A stretch of DNA of 56,079 nt from Hyphomicrobiales bacterium (GTDB lineage: Bacteria; Pseudomonadota; Alphaproteobacteria; Rhizobiales; Xanthobacteraceae): assembly GCA_019237215.1 (NCBI GenBank), contig JAFAHL010000386.1, forward strand, positions 1 through 56,079. The letters run 5' to 3'. The stretch's first letter is position 1. The number at the start of each line of letters is the position of its first letter. The notes beneath the pieces are model-generated. The model did no database searches and was not told the DNA's origin. It saw only the letters and a program-made list of their open reading frames with translations. The position numbers were made by a program, and so were the translations under genes. Of the stretch, positions 6,962 to 17,061 are shown in pieces.

Positions 6962-8938
6962 CTAGCGCGTCTCGTTGCGCCAGTCCTTGCGCGCCTCCGC
7001 GACGCTTTCGAAAATGTGGGGGGAGACGCCGCGCTGTTTCAGCGACTCGCCGAGCTTCATCCGCAAAAAGCCGCTGGTGGTGTAGCGGGAGACGCCGGAA
7101 TAGAAGCGGTCGACCAACTTGCGCACCATCGCAGTGTACTCGTCCAGGAGTTCCGGCAGAATGGTGAAATTGTCATAGTTGACGATGGCGTAGACGCGCT
7201 CGCCGACTGGGGTGAGCTTCGCTTCGACCATTTTCTCGATCGCCTCGATGTCGTCGCGGGTATGCACCGAAAAGCGCTCGAAATTGACGAAGAACACGTT
7301 CTGCAATGGGTCGTAGGTTAAGCGCTGCTCGAGCGGGATGCCGATGAGATCGGCGCGCAAGCCCATGGGTTCGGGCTTGAAAATGCGGGTGTCCATCTGG
7401 GCGGGATCGCGCGGGATCAGAGGCCTGAAATCCATGCGGGCGAGAATGTCGCGCTCGATGTCGACGCCCGGCGCGACCTCCACCAGCTCGAGCCCGTCGG
7501 GCCGCAGCGCCAGCACGCAGCGCTCGGTCACATAGAGCACCTTCTGGCGGCGCTTTCCCGCATAGGCGCCGCTGAAGGTGACATGCTCGACCTCGCGGAC
7601 GAACTTGCGCTCCTTGGCCTCCTCGTCGATGACGAGGCGGCCCTCGCGCGCGCCGACCTTCTGGCGACCGGCGCCGAACGTGCCGACGAAGATCACCTCC
7701 TTGGCGTTCTGGCTGATGTTGATGAAGCCACCGGCGCCCGCGAGCCTCGGGCCGAACTTGCTGACATTGAGATTGCCGTGGCGATCGACCTGGGCGAGGC
7801 CGAGGAACGCCGCGTCGAGCCCGCCGCCGTCGTAGAAGTCGAACTGGTAGGGCTGGTCGATCACCGCCTGGGTATTGATCGCCGCGCCGAAATCGATGCC
7901 GCTCGCCGGAACGCCGCCGATGACGCCGGGCTCTGCGGTCAAGGTGATGAGGTCGATGATCTTTTCTTCGTTGGCGACCGCCGCCACGCCCTCGGGCATG
8001 CCGATGCCGAGATTGACGACGCTGTTGGTCTTGAGTTCGAACGCCGCGCGCCGCGCGATGATCTTGCGCTCGCTCATCGCCATCGGCGGGAGCGAGCCGG
8101 CGCGCACGCGAATCTCGCCGCTGAAGGCGGGGTTGTATTGCGTGCCGAAGGTCTGCCAATGGTGCTCCGGCCGCGCGACGACGACACAGTCGACCAGAAT
8201 TCCGGGGATCTTCACCTGCCTCGGATTGAGGCTGCCGCTTTCGGCGACGCGCTCGACTTGGGCGATGACGATGCCGTCCGAATTGTGAGCGGCCATGGCG
8301 ATGGCAAGCGCCTCGAGCGTCAGCGCCTCCTTCTCCATGGTGAGGTTGCCCTCGGCGTCGCCGGTCGTGGCGCGGATGACGCCGACGTGAATGGGGAAGG
8401 TCTTGTAGGCAAGACACTCCTCGCCGCCGAGGACCACCCGCTCGACGAGATCCTCGGTCGTCTTCGCGTTGAGCTTGCCGCCGCCGTTCTTCGGATCGAC
8501 GAAGGTCTCCATCCCGACGCGGGTGACATGCGCGGGGCGGCGCGCGGCGATGTCGCGGAAAAGATGGGTGACGACGCCCTGCGGCAGATTGTAGGCCTCG
8601 ACGGCGCCGTCGATCGCCAGCTTCTGCAGTCTCGGACAAAGCCCCCAATGGCCGCCGATCACCCGCCGCAGGAGGCCTTCGTGGCCGAGATGGTTGAGGC
8701 CTTTCGCGGCGCCGTCGCCCTGCCCTGCCGCATAGACCAGGGTCAGGCCGCGCGGAGCGCCGTCGGCGGCAAAACGCTCCGCGAGCGCGATGGCGATCTC
8801 TTCGGCGAAGCCGATGCCGACGAAGCCTCCCGTGGCCAAAGTATCGCCGTCCCGCACGAGCCGCACAGCCTCCGCCGCGGTGACCACCTTGCCCTTTTCG
8901 TTGCGCCTGAGAAACGGCAAAACCGGATGCGTCGTCAT
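6962..8938 (-). CDS. acyl-CoA:acetate/3-ketoacid (propionate-type) CoA-transferase, long form
   Basis: From internal ATG 8938: [47 protein letters not shown]..., fused alpha/beta CoA-transferase with a ~120-aa C-terminal extension. The 45 upstream codons of the track ORF are Arg-rich and non-homologous. Confidence 0.8.
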   Translation of the reverse strand: MTTHPVLPFLRRNEKGKVVTAAEAVRLVRDGDTLATGGFVGIGFAEEIAIALAERFAADGAPRGLTLVYAAGQGDGAAKGLNHLGHEGLLRRVIGGHWGLCPRLQKLAIDGAVEAYNLPQGVVTHLFRDIAARRPAHVTRVGMETFVDPKNGGGKLNAKTTEDLVERVVLGGEECLAYKTFPIHVGVIRATTGDAEGNLTMEKEALTLEALAIAMAAHNSDGIVIAQVERVAESGSLNPRQVKIPGILVDCVVVARPEHHWQTFGTQYNPAFSGEIRVRAGSLPPMAMSERKIIARRAAFELKTNSVVNLGIGMPEGVAAVANEEKIIDLITLTAEPGVIGGVPASGIDFGAAINTQAVIDQPYQFDFYDGGGLDAAFLGLAQVDRHGNLNVSKFGPRLAGAGGFINISQNAKEVIFVGTFGAGRQKVGAREGRLVIDEEAKERKFVREVEHVTFSGAYAGKRRQKVLYVTERCVLALRPDGLELVEVAPGVDIERDILARMDFRPLIPRDPAQMDTRIFKPEPMGLRADLIGIPLEQRLTYDPLQNVFFVNFERFSVHTRDDIEAIEKMVEAKLTPVGERVYAIVNYDNFTILPELLDEYTAMVRKLVDRFYSGVSRYTTSGFLRMKLGESLKQRGVSPHIFESVAEARKDWRNETR

Positions 8939-9056
8939 CGTTTCTCCCGGCGCCGCTTTCGTCCGCAGGATTCGGCGCCGTCTCGCTCTGTCTCGCAGTT
9001 CATTCGAAATCGGCGGTCTCCGGTCGCCTTTCCCTTCCATCAGGGGCGCTATGCGC

Positions 9057-10373
9057 CTAAGCGGGCGCCGCAAGTTTCCCGGTCGCAGGGCGCTCGCGCG
9101 TCTCCGACGCGAAATAGACCGACACGACCGTGATCACCGCCAGAACGATCATGTAAACCGAGATCGGCCAGGTTTCCGGCTTGTACGCCGCCATCAGCGA
9201 GGTGGCGATCAGCGGCGACAGGGCGCCGGCGAAAATCGACGCAAGATTGTAGCCGAGCGACACGCCGCTATAGCGCACTTTGGTGCCGAAAAGTTCGGAA
9301 AAGAAGCTCGCCTGCGGGCCATACATCGCAGCATGCCCGACGGCCAGGCCGAGAACGATCGCGATCCAGGCGAGCTGGGGGTTTTTCGTTCCCAGCAGCA
9401 TGAACAAGGGGAACGACATGAGCGCGGAGAACACGGCGCCGAAAACGTAAACGGGCCGCCGCCCCAGGCGATCCGAGAGCGCGCCGTACGCCGGTATCGT
9501 GAAAGTTTCGATGGCCGCGGCGATCAGGACGCCGTTTAGAATGGCTTGCCTGTTCATCCCCAGCGCCTGCGTCGCGTAGGCCAGCACGAACGTCGCATAA
9601 ATATAGAAGAAGCCGTTCTCGGCGAAGCGCGCGCCCATCGCCAGCAGGATGTTCTTCGGATACATCCGGATGGCGTCGATGATCGGCATCGTGGCCTCTT
9701 GCTTGGCGTCCTTCACTTTCTGGAATTCGGGCGACTCGGCGAGGGTGAACCGTATCCACAAGCCGACGATCACCAGGACGATGCTGAACAGGAAGGGAAG
9801 GCGCCATCCCCAAGCGAGGAACTGGGCGTCGCTCATCGTCGCCGAAAAGATCGAGAACACCAGCGTCCCGAGCACCAGTCCGAGCGGCGCTCCGAGTTGC
9901 GGCCAGCTTCCGTAGAAGCCGCGCCGGTCTTCTGGCGCATGTTCAACCGCCATCAGCACGGCGCCGCCCCACTCGCCGCCGAGACCGAAACCCTGGACCA
10001 GCCGGCACACGACCAGCAGGATCGCCGCCCAGGCGCCCAGCGTTGCATAGGTCGGCAACAGGCCGATCACCGCCGTCGCCACGCCCATTATGGCCAGCGT
10101 GAGATAAAGCATCGTCTTGCGGCCGATGGTGTCGCCGTAATGGCCGAACACCACGCCGCCCAGAGGCCGCGCCACGAAACCCAGCGCGTAGGTGGCGAAC
10201 GCCAGCAGCGTGCCTATCCACGGATCGAAAGTGGGGAAGAACAGCTTGTTGAAAATCAGGGCCGCGGCGGTTCCGTACAGAAAGAAGTCGTACCACTCAA
10301 TCGCAGTGCCGATGAGGCTGGCTGTCGCGACTTTGACGTGTGAGCTTTTTTTTGCTTGCCCCTGGATGCTCAT
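9057..10373 (-). CDS. MFS transporter, metabolite:H+ symporter (MHS) family
   Basis: 438 aa, 12 TM; N-terminus [27 protein letters not shown] and [13 protein letters not shown] are MHS (ProP/KgtP-like) signatures. Confidence 0.85.
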   Translation of the reverse strand: MSIQGQAKKSSHVKVATASLIGTAIEWYDFFLYGTAAALIFNKLFFPTFDPWIGTLLAFATYALGFVARPLGGVVFGHYGDTIGRKTMLYLTLAIMGVATAVIGLLPTYATLGAWAAILLVVCRLVQGFGLGGEWGGAVLMAVEHAPEDRRGFYGSWPQLGAPLGLVLGTLVFSIFSATMSDAQFLAWGWRLPFLFSIVLVIVGLWIRFTLAESPEFQKVKDAKQEATMPIIDAIRMYPKNILLAMGARFAENGFFYIYATFVLAYATQALGMNRQAILNGVLIAAAIETFTIPAYGALSDRLGRRPVYVFGAVFSALMSFPLFMLLGTKNPQLAWIAIVLGLAVGHAAMYGPQASFFSELFGTKVRYSGVSLGYNLASIFAGALSPLIATSLMAAYKPETWPISVYMIVLAVITVVSVYFASETRERPATGKLAAPA

Positions 10374-10418
10374 TTGTCTCCTCCCGGTCCGAGCGATTGA
10401 AAACTTGAATTCTCGGAA

Positions 10419-10976
10419 TTAACCAACATCTTCGAGTTTTTCGCGTTTTTTGGCAAGCCCCGCCGACGGCTTCGGCCGCAAAATGCGCGAATGCTGAAGC
10501 GTCGGCGCTGCGGTCGGCCACCCGCCGGCGGTGAGAAGCCACGCGCCGAGAAGCGAGACGAGGCTCGCCGCGAGCACGACGGCGCGGGGCCTCGCCCCCG
10601 AGAGCGCCCAGACCACGAACGGCGTCAGAACGACGTAGCAGGCGTTGAGAAATCCGCCGTTGGTCGCGCTCGTCGTCGCGAGCCCGGCCTGCTGCAGGCT
10701 CGTCCCGAGAAAGAGCGTAAGACCGATCGCCAGCGCGAGCCGCATGGCGCCGGGCGCGGCCTTACGCCGGGCCGAGCGCCGCTCGAGAAGCGCAAGGGGC
10801 GCGAGCGCCGGCGCCGAGACGGCAAAGCGCGAAGCGGCGTAGGCGAGCGGCGTCAGCACGCCGACCACGTCCTTCTGCGCGACGAAAGTCACGCCCCATA
10901 AGACAGCGGTGATCAGCAGGAGGCCGTCCGCGGCGAGCCGGCTCATCCGCGCCTCGTCAGGCTTCAAGGCTGACAT
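10419..10976 (-). CDS. EamA/DMT-family transporter, single EamA domain (probably truncated)
   Basis: From ATG 10976: MSALKPDEARMSRLAADGLLLITAVLWGVTFVAQK..., 5 TM helices, then a non-membrane Lys/Arg tail ending in a lower-GC junction (10419-10470). Full-length members have 10 TM. Confidence 0.5.
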   Translation of the reverse strand: MSALKPDEARMSRLAADGLLLITAVLWGVTFVAQKDVVGVLTPLAYAASRFAVSAPALAPLALLERRSARRKAAPGAMRLALAIGLTLFLGTSLQQAGLATTSATNGGFLNACYVVLTPFVVWALSGARPRAVVLAASLVSLLGAWLLTAGGWPTAAPTLQHSRILRPKPSAGLAKKREKLEDVG

Positions 10977-11004
10977 CTGGAATCGGCGACCATCGTTGTT
11001 CGTT

Positions 11005-11089
11005 GTCATGCCCGCGCACGTGGGCATCCAGGGTCGCCGGGTGAAACTCCACGAGCGTCTTGCGTGGCGGCTCCGGATCCCCGTGTCCG
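11005..11089. repeat. pair of 25-nt REP-like hairpin elements in inverted orientation
   Basis: gtcatgcccgcgcacgtgggcatcc (11005-11029) versus the reverse complement of 11065-11089 (gtcatccccgcggacacggggatcc): 20/25 identical by eye, and the stem mismatches are compensatory. Confidence 0.7.
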
Positions 11090-11108
11090 CGGGGATGACA
11101 TACGGGCC

Positions 11109-11513
11109 TCAGACCTGCTCGATCTCAACCAGCGTTCCGACGAAGTCCTTCGGGTGCAAGAACAGCACCGGCTTGCCGTGTGCGCCGATCTTCGGCTCCC
11201 CATCTCCGAGGACGCGCGCGCCTTTGGCCTTCAGCCGGTCGCGCGCCGCGATGATGTCCTCGACCTCGTAGCAGAGGTGATGCATGCCTCCGTCCGGATT
11301 GCGCTCCAGGAATTTCGCGATCGGAGAATTCTCGCCCAGCGGATGGAGGAGCTCGATCTTGGTGTTTGGGAGCTCGACGAAGACGACCCTCACGCCGTGA
11401 TCCGGCTCATCGGCGGGCGTTGATACGCTCGCGCCCAACGTCTCGCGGTAGGTCCTCGCCGCCTTCTCGAGGTCGGGGACGGCGATGGCGACGTGGTTGA
11501 GCTTTCCGATCAT
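11109..11513 (-). CDS. mce: methylmalonyl-CoA epimerase (VOC/glyoxalase fold)
   Basis: MIGKLNHVAIAVPDLEKAARTYRETLGA...GGMHHLCYEVEDIIAARDRLKAKGARVLGDGEPKIGAHGKPVLFLHPKD; 134 aa from ATG 11513. Confidence 0.88.
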   Translation of the reverse strand: MIGKLNHVAIAVPDLEKAARTYRETLGASVSTPADEPDHGVRVVFVELPNTKIELLHPLGENSPIAKFLERNPDGGMHHLCYEVEDIIAARDRLKAKGARVLGDGEPKIGAHGKPVLFLHPKDFVGTLVEIEQV

Positions 11514-11612
11514 CGTTTGCTCCTTTTCGGCGAGCCGCAAACAGCGAGTGGCGCGTGGAGGCTCGTCGAGACGAGAGACACTCCCTATTCGCGCCTCGCG
11601 ATCCGGCCACCC

Positions 11613-13280
11613 CTAAACTTCCACCACCAGCACATGCACCTGCGGCTTCTTGCCCCAGACGCCATTGACGGCGTTGCGCACGCCTCGCTCGATCGCGCTC
11701 GACAGAAAATCGGCGTCGCGACGCTTGCCGCCCGGCAGGCCCTGGAAGGTCTCGAAGATCGCTGTGTCGATGATTTCGTCCAGGCCCGCGCCGTCGCGGG
11801 TGCGCTCGGGCAGGCCGGCGATCATGACGTCCGGATCGCCCGCCATCTCGCCCTTCGGCGTCAGCGCGATGGCGATCGAGACGACGCCGGCGAAGGCGAG
11901 CCGGCGCCGCTGCGCGACGCAGTCCTCCTCGGCTGGCAGAAGGATCTCGCCGTCTTTGAGCCGCCGCCCGCGGCCGACCGTCCCGATGGCCGCCACATCG
12001 CCGGGCCCAAAGCGCACCAGATCGCCATTGAAGGCGCGCAGGACCTGCGGCACCCCTTGCGCCCTGGCGAAGGCGGCGTGCTCGCTCAAATGCAGAGGTT
12101 CGCCATGCGCCGGAACCGCGATCCGCGGCCTGAGCCAGGCGTACATTTTCGCAAGCTCCGCCCGGCGCGGATGGCCCGATACATGAACCAGCGCGTTGCG
12201 GTCGGTGATGACCTCGACGCCCGCGGACACGAAAGCGTTGATGAGCTTGCCGACCGCCTTCTCGTTGCCGGGAATGGTGCGGGAGGAGAAAATGACCGTG
12301 TCCCCGGGGCTCAGCTCCGCTGTCGGATGCTCGTCCTCGGACATGCGGGCGAGCGCCGCGCGCGGCTCGCCCTGGCTGCCGGTGGCGAGCGCGAGAATCT
12401 TGTCGCGCGGCAGGCGCTCGAACGCATCCATGCCGAGAAACTGCGGAACGCCATCGAGCAGGCCGCACTCGCGCGCGACCGCGACGACGCGCTCCATCGC
12501 GCGCCCCAGGATGCAGACCTCCCTCCCCGCGGCAAGACCCGCCTCGGCCGCCGAGCGCAAGCGGGCGACGTTGGAGGCGAATGTGGTGACAACGACCCTG
12601 CCTCTCGCCTTGGCGATGAGGCCGACGAGGGTCTCGGCGACATCGCGCTCCGAGGGGCTCTCGCCCTCGCGCAGGACGTTGGTCGAGTCGCAGACGAGGC
12701 CCAGCACGCCCTCGTCGCCGAGCGCCTTGAGCCGCGCCTCGTCAGTCGGGCGCCCGATGATCGGGGTCGGGTCGATCTTCCAGTCGCCGCTGTGGACGAC
12801 CATGCCGGCCGGAGTGCGGATCGCGAGCGCAGTGCATTCCGGGATCGAATGGGCGACGGCGACGAATTCGACGTCGAAGGGCCCGATCGCGATCCGCTGG
12901 CCCGCCTTCACGATCTGGATGGGAATCTTCGGCGCGCCGGGTTCGCCGAGGCGCCTGACCTCCGCCAGCCCAGCCGCGAAATTCGACGCGTAGACGGTGG
13001 CGCCGAGCATCGGCCAGAGGTCGGCCAGCGCGCCGATATGGTCCTCATGCGCGTGGGTGATGACGATGCCGACAAGGTCCTTCTTCACCCTCTCGATGAA
13101 GCCGATGTCGGGCATGATGAGATCGACGCCCGGCAGATCGTCGCCCGCAAACGCGACGCCGAGATCGACCATCAGCCATTGGCGGCTCCTCGGCGGACCG
13201 TAACCGTAGAGCGCGCAATTCATGCCGATTTCGCCCAAGCCCCCGAGCGCCGCGAACACAAATTCGCTGTCGTCTGTCAT
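11613..13280 (-). CDS. rnj: ribonuclease J (metallo-beta-lactamase/beta-CASP)
   Basis: 555 aa; HAHEDHIGAL motif, beta-CASP region, HVSGHPRRAEL; directly follows the birA stop. Confidence 0.9.
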   Translation of the reverse strand: MTDDSEFVFAALGGLGEIGMNCALYGYGPPRSRQWLMVDLGVAFAGDDLPGVDLIMPDIGFIERVKKDLVGIVITHAHEDHIGALADLWPMLGATVYASNFAAGLAEVRRLGEPGAPKIPIQIVKAGQRIAIGPFDVEFVAVAHSIPECTALAIRTPAGMVVHSGDWKIDPTPIIGRPTDEARLKALGDEGVLGLVCDSTNVLREGESPSERDVAETLVGLIAKARGRVVVTTFASNVARLRSAAEAGLAAGREVCILGRAMERVVAVARECGLLDGVPQFLGMDAFERLPRDKILALATGSQGEPRAALARMSEDEHPTAELSPGDTVIFSSRTIPGNEKAVGKLINAFVSAGVEVITDRNALVHVSGHPRRAELAKMYAWLRPRIAVPAHGEPLHLSEHAAFARAQGVPQVLRAFNGDLVRFGPGDVAAIGTVGRGRRLKDGEILLPAEEDCVAQRRRLAFAGVVSIAIALTPKGEMAGDPDVMIAGLPERTRDGAGLDEIIDTAIFETFQGLPGGKRRDADFLSSAIERGVRNAVNGVWGKKPQVHVLVVEV

Positions 13281-14096
13281 CTAGGTCCGGCCCTCCCGCG
13301 CGCGCGAAACAGAGGACGCCGCCGCGAGCGAGCCATCCGATTGAGGAAATATCCAGAGGTCCGCGGCTTCGACCGTTTCGATCCCGCTCTTCCCGCGAAA
13401 CAGCAAACGCCCGTCAGGGTCAAGCCCTTCGAAAGTCCCCTCGCGCCGGCCGCCGGCGTTCTCGATCCGGATCCGCTCGCCAAGCGCAGCCGCATGGCCG
13501 AGCCAGAGCGCACGGATCGCCTCGAACGCGGCTCCTGCCTTCCATTGGCCGAGGGCTTCGTCAAACCGGACCGCAAGACGCTGAAAGAGGGCGCCCCTGT
13601 CTGCCGGGCGACCCTCTACGTCGATCAGTCTGGCTGTCGGATAGCCGGCGCCCTCAGGCGCGCTTTCGCAATTGACGCCAACGCCAACGATGCATGCGAG
13701 GCGATTTCGAGGAAGCGAGACTCCCTCGACCAGAAGGCCGGCGCATTTTGCGCGCCCTGAGACGAGATCATTCGGCCATTTGAGGCGCGCGGCCGCGCCG
13801 AGGTCTTCGGCCGCGCGGACGAGCGCGACGCCCGCCACGAAGCCGAGCTGGGCGGCGATCGCCGGCGGACAGGGGTCGATCAGCAAAGCGCTGGCGTAGA
13901 GGTTGCCCCTGGGCGAGACCCAGGTCCGCCCCCGCCGCCCGCGCCCGGCGCTCTGCTCCTCGGCGACGATCCACAGATGTCCAGGATCGCCGGCGAGCGC
14001 ACGCCTTCGCGCCTCCTCGCTGGTCGAATCGATCGCATCGAGGCGATCGACGCGCCACGCGAAACCTGCGGCCCCCGGCCCCGAACCCGCGTTCAA
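13281..14096 (-). CDS. birA: biotin--[acetyl-CoA-carboxylase] ligase (no N-terminal HTH domain)
   Basis: IDSTSEEARRRA...AEEQSAGRGRRGRTWVSPRGNLYAS (GRGRRGR biotin-binding loop). TTG 14096 overlaps the nuoN stop (TTGA); start not certain. Confidence 0.85.
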   Translation of the reverse strand: MNAGSGPGAAGFAWRVDRLDAIDSTSEEARRRALAGDPGHLWIVAEEQSAGRGRRGRTWVSPRGNLYASALLIDPCPPAIAAQLGFVAGVALVRAAEDLGAAARLKWPNDLVSGRAKCAGLLVEGVSLPRNRLACIVGVGVNCESAPEGAGYPTARLIDVEGRPADRGALFQRLAVRFDEALGQWKAGAAFEAIRALWLGHAAALGERIRIENAGGRREGTFEGLDPDGRLLFRGKSGIETVEAADLWIFPQSDGSLAAASSVSRAREGRT

Positions 14097-15526
14097 AACA
14101 GGGATTGCGCCGCCGCCATCGCGGCGTTGGTGAGCGGCGACGGGGCGAACACGAACACGATGATCAGCAGCGCCGAGATCGCCAGCACGCTCCGCGCGAC
14201 CAGTCCCGGCCTGTCGAACGCCTTCGCCGGCTCGTCGAAATACATCACCTTGACGATGCGAATATAATAGTATGCGCCCACGGCGCTGGCGAGCACGCCG
14301 ATGACGGAGAGCCCGTAAAGATCGGCCTTGATGGCGGCGGCGAACACATAGAACTTGGCGAAAAAACCCGCGAGCGGCGGAACTCCGGCGAGCGAGAACA
14401 TCATCGTCGCAAGGAAAAAGGCCATGGCCGAATCCGTCCGCGCGAGGCCCGCGAGATCGCTGATGGTCTCGACCGCCTTGTCGTCGCGCCGCATGGAGAG
14501 AATCGCGGCGAATGTGCCGAGCGTCATCACCACATAGATCGCCATATAGACGATGACGCTCTGTGCGCCCTCGACCGTGCCTGCCGCAAGTCCGACCAGC
14601 GCGAAGCCCATATGGCCGATCGAGGAATAGGCCATCAGTCGCTTGATGTTAGTCTGGCCAATGGCGGCAAAGGCCCCTAGCCCCATCGACGCGATCGAGA
14701 CGAAAGTCAGGATCTGACGCCAGTCGTTGGTGATCCCGGGAAAAGCGATCAATACGACGCGCACCAGAACCGCCATCGCCGCAATCTTCGGCGCAGAGGC
14801 GAAGAAGGTCGTCACCGGCGTCGGAGCGCCCTCGTAAACGTCAGGCGTCCACATATGGAACGGCACGGCCGATATCTTGAAAGCAAGTCCCGCCAGAACG
14901 AAGACGAGGCCGAACAATACGCCGATCCTGCTGTGATCGTGCACCGCCATTGCGACGGCGCTGAAAGACACGGAGCCCGCGTAGCCGTAAATCAACGAGG
15001 CGCCGTAAAGCAGCATGCCGGACGACAGCGCGCCGAGCACGAAATATTTGAGGCCGGCTTCGGTCGCGCGCAGATCATTGCGGCGATAGGCGGCGATGAC
15101 ATAGAGCGCAAGGCTCATCAGCTCGAGGCCGAGATAAAGCGCGATGAAGTCGTTGGCCGAGATCAGCATCAGCATGCCGAGCGTCGACAGCAGAATGAGG
15201 ACCGGGAATTCGAACCCGGCGATCCGTTCCGAGCGCATGAACTCGAGCGACAGGAGCAGCGTCACCAGCGAGCCGATCAGCGCGAGCCCACTCATGAAGC
15301 GCGTGAACGCATCGTCGGTGAAAGAGCCGTAGAACGTGACCCCCATCGGCCGGTTCCTGGCGATGAGAAGAAGGAACACGACTCCAAGCAACGCGACCGA
15401 AATTTCGGTGACGAGATTGTAGGCCCGCTCGCCACGCAAGGCCCCATAGAGGACGAGGGCCAGCGTGCCGAGCGCCAGCACCGCTTCGGGCAGAACCACC
15501 GGGAGAGAAAGGGCCGTCTCGTGCAT
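14093..15526 (-). CDS. nuoN: NADH-quinone oxidoreductase subunit N
   Basis: 477 aa antiporter-like polytopic subunit, last gene of the nuo cluster. Confidence 0.95.
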   Translation of the reverse strand: MHETALSLPVVLPEAVLALGTLALVLYGALRGERAYNLVTEISVALLGVVFLLLIARNRPMGVTFYGSFTDDAFTRFMSGLALIGSLVTLLLSLEFMRSERIAGFEFPVLILLSTLGMLMLISANDFIALYLGLELMSLALYVIAAYRRNDLRATEAGLKYFVLGALSSGMLLYGASLIYGYAGSVSFSAVAMAVHDHSRIGVLFGLVFVLAGLAFKISAVPFHMWTPDVYEGAPTPVTTFFASAPKIAAMAVLVRVVLIAFPGITNDWRQILTFVSIASMGLGAFAAIGQTNIKRLMAYSSIGHMGFALVGLAAGTVEGAQSVIVYMAIYVVMTLGTFAAILSMRRDDKAVETISDLAGLARTDSAMAFFLATMMFSLAGVPPLAGFFAKFYVFAAAIKADLYGLSVIGVLASAVGAYYYIRIVKVMYFDEPAKAFDRPGLVARSVLAISALLIIVFVFAPSPLTNAAMAAAQSLF

Positions 15527-15567
15527 GAATCACTCGTTCCCGAAAGTGGCGGCTCGCATTCGACCCA

Positions 15568-17061
15568 TCATAGGCCCGCGGTCCTGGTTGCGGCGATTGC
15601 ATGCCCGAAGCCCTTGAGCAGCGAGTCGATCGAGGCCGCGCTCGCGTCGATGACCGGCTGCGGGTGGACGCCGTAGAACAGCACCAGCAGTCCGAGTGGC
15701 AGCAGCGTCGCGATTTCGCGTGGCCCGAGGTCGATGATGGTCATCAAATTGGCCTTCTCGATCACGCCGAAGATGACGCGCCGGTAGAGATAGAGCGCGT
15801 AAGCCGCCGAAAGAATCAGGCCGAAGCTCGCATAGAAGGCGACGAGGTTGTTGGCCTGGAACGTGCCTATCAGAGTCAAGAACTCGCCGATGAAGCCCGA
15901 CGTGCCCGGCAAGCCCACATTGGCGAGGGTGAACAACATGAACGCCAGCGCATAGAGCGGCATGCGCTGCACGAGGCCGCCGTAGTCGGCGATCTCGAGG
16001 CTGTGCGTGCGGTCATAGACGACGCCGACGCAAAGGAAGAGCGCGCCTGAAACGAGGCCATGGCTGATCATCTGGTAGACCGCGCCCTGCACCCCCTGAG
16101 TGTTGGCGGCGAAGATCCCCATCGTCACGAAGCCCATATGCGCGACCGACGAATAGGCGACCAGCTTCTTCATATTCTCCTGTGCCAGCGCGACGAGCGA
16201 GGTGTAGACAATCGCGATTACCGAAAGCGCGTAGACGAGCGGGGTGAAATAGACCGACGCGTCGGGGAACATCGGCAGCGAGAAGCGGATGAACCCGTAG
16301 CCGCCCATCTTCAGGAGAATTGCCGCCAGGATCACGGAACCCGCCGTCGGTGCTTCGACGTGGGCGTCCGGCAGCCAGGTGTGCACCGGCCACATCGGCA
16401 ACTTGACCGCGAACGAAGCGAAGAAGGCGAGCCACAGCCAGGTTTGCATCTTCGGCGCGAACGCAGTCTTGAGCAGAACGGTAATGTCGCTGGTGCCCGC
16501 AGTCCAATACATCGCCATAATCGCGAGCAGCATCAGGACCGAGCCGGTAAAGGTGTACAGGAAGAACTTGAATGCGGCATAAACGCGGTTCTTGTGTCCC
16601 CAAATGCCGATGATAAGGAACATCGGGATCAGGCCACCCTCGAAGAAGAGGTAGAACAGCACCAGATCGAGCGCCACGAAGACACCGATCATCAGCGTTT
16701 CGAGCACCAGGAAAGCAATCATATATTCCTTCACCCGGTTCTCGATCGTCCACGAGGCCGCGATGCTGATCGGCATGAGGAAGGTCGTCAGCAGCACGAA
16801 AGGCATCGAGATGCCGTCGACGCCGAGCTTGTAGAGAATGACGTGCGAAAACCAGTCGTGCTCCTCGAGGAGCTGGAAGCCGGGCTCAGCTGGATTGAAG
16901 CGCCCCCAGGCGACGAGGCTCAGCGCTAAGGTTATTAGCGTCGCGAACAGCGCGATCCAGCGCGCGTTGCGTTTTGTCGCCTCCGTCTCGCCCGGCAGCA
17001 GCAGGATGAATAGCGCGCCGACTGCCGGCAGCAGCAAGAGGCCGGAGAGGATCCAGGACAT
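15568..17061 (-). CDS. nuoM: NADH-quinone oxidoreductase subunit M
   Basis: Internal ATG 17061 ([22 protein letters not shown]...) overlaps the nuoL stop by 1 nt; the upstream 83 codons of the track ORF are Arg-rich overlap with nuoL. Confidence 0.93.
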   Translation of the reverse strand: MSWILSGLLLLPAVGALFILLLPGETEATKRNARWIALFATLITLALSLVAWGRFNPAEPGFQLLEEHDWFSHVILYKLGVDGISMPFVLLTTFLMPISIAASWTIENRVKEYMIAFLVLETLMIGVFVALDLVLFYLFFEGGLIPMFLIIGIWGHKNRVYAAFKFFLYTFTGSVLMLLAIMAMYWTAGTSDITVLLKTAFAPKMQTWLWLAFFASFAVKLPMWPVHTWLPDAHVEAPTAGSVILAAILLKMGGYGFIRFSLPMFPDASVYFTPLVYALSVIAIVYTSLVALAQENMKKLVAYSSVAHMGFVTMGIFAANTQGVQGAVYQMISHGLVSGALFLCVGVVYDRTHSLEIADYGGLVQRMPLYALAFMLFTLANVGLPGTSGFIGEFLTLIGTFQANNLVAFYASFGLILSAAYALYLYRRVIFGVIEKANLMTIIDLGPREIATLLPLGLLVLFYGVHPQPVIDASAASIDSLLKGFGHAIAATRTAGL

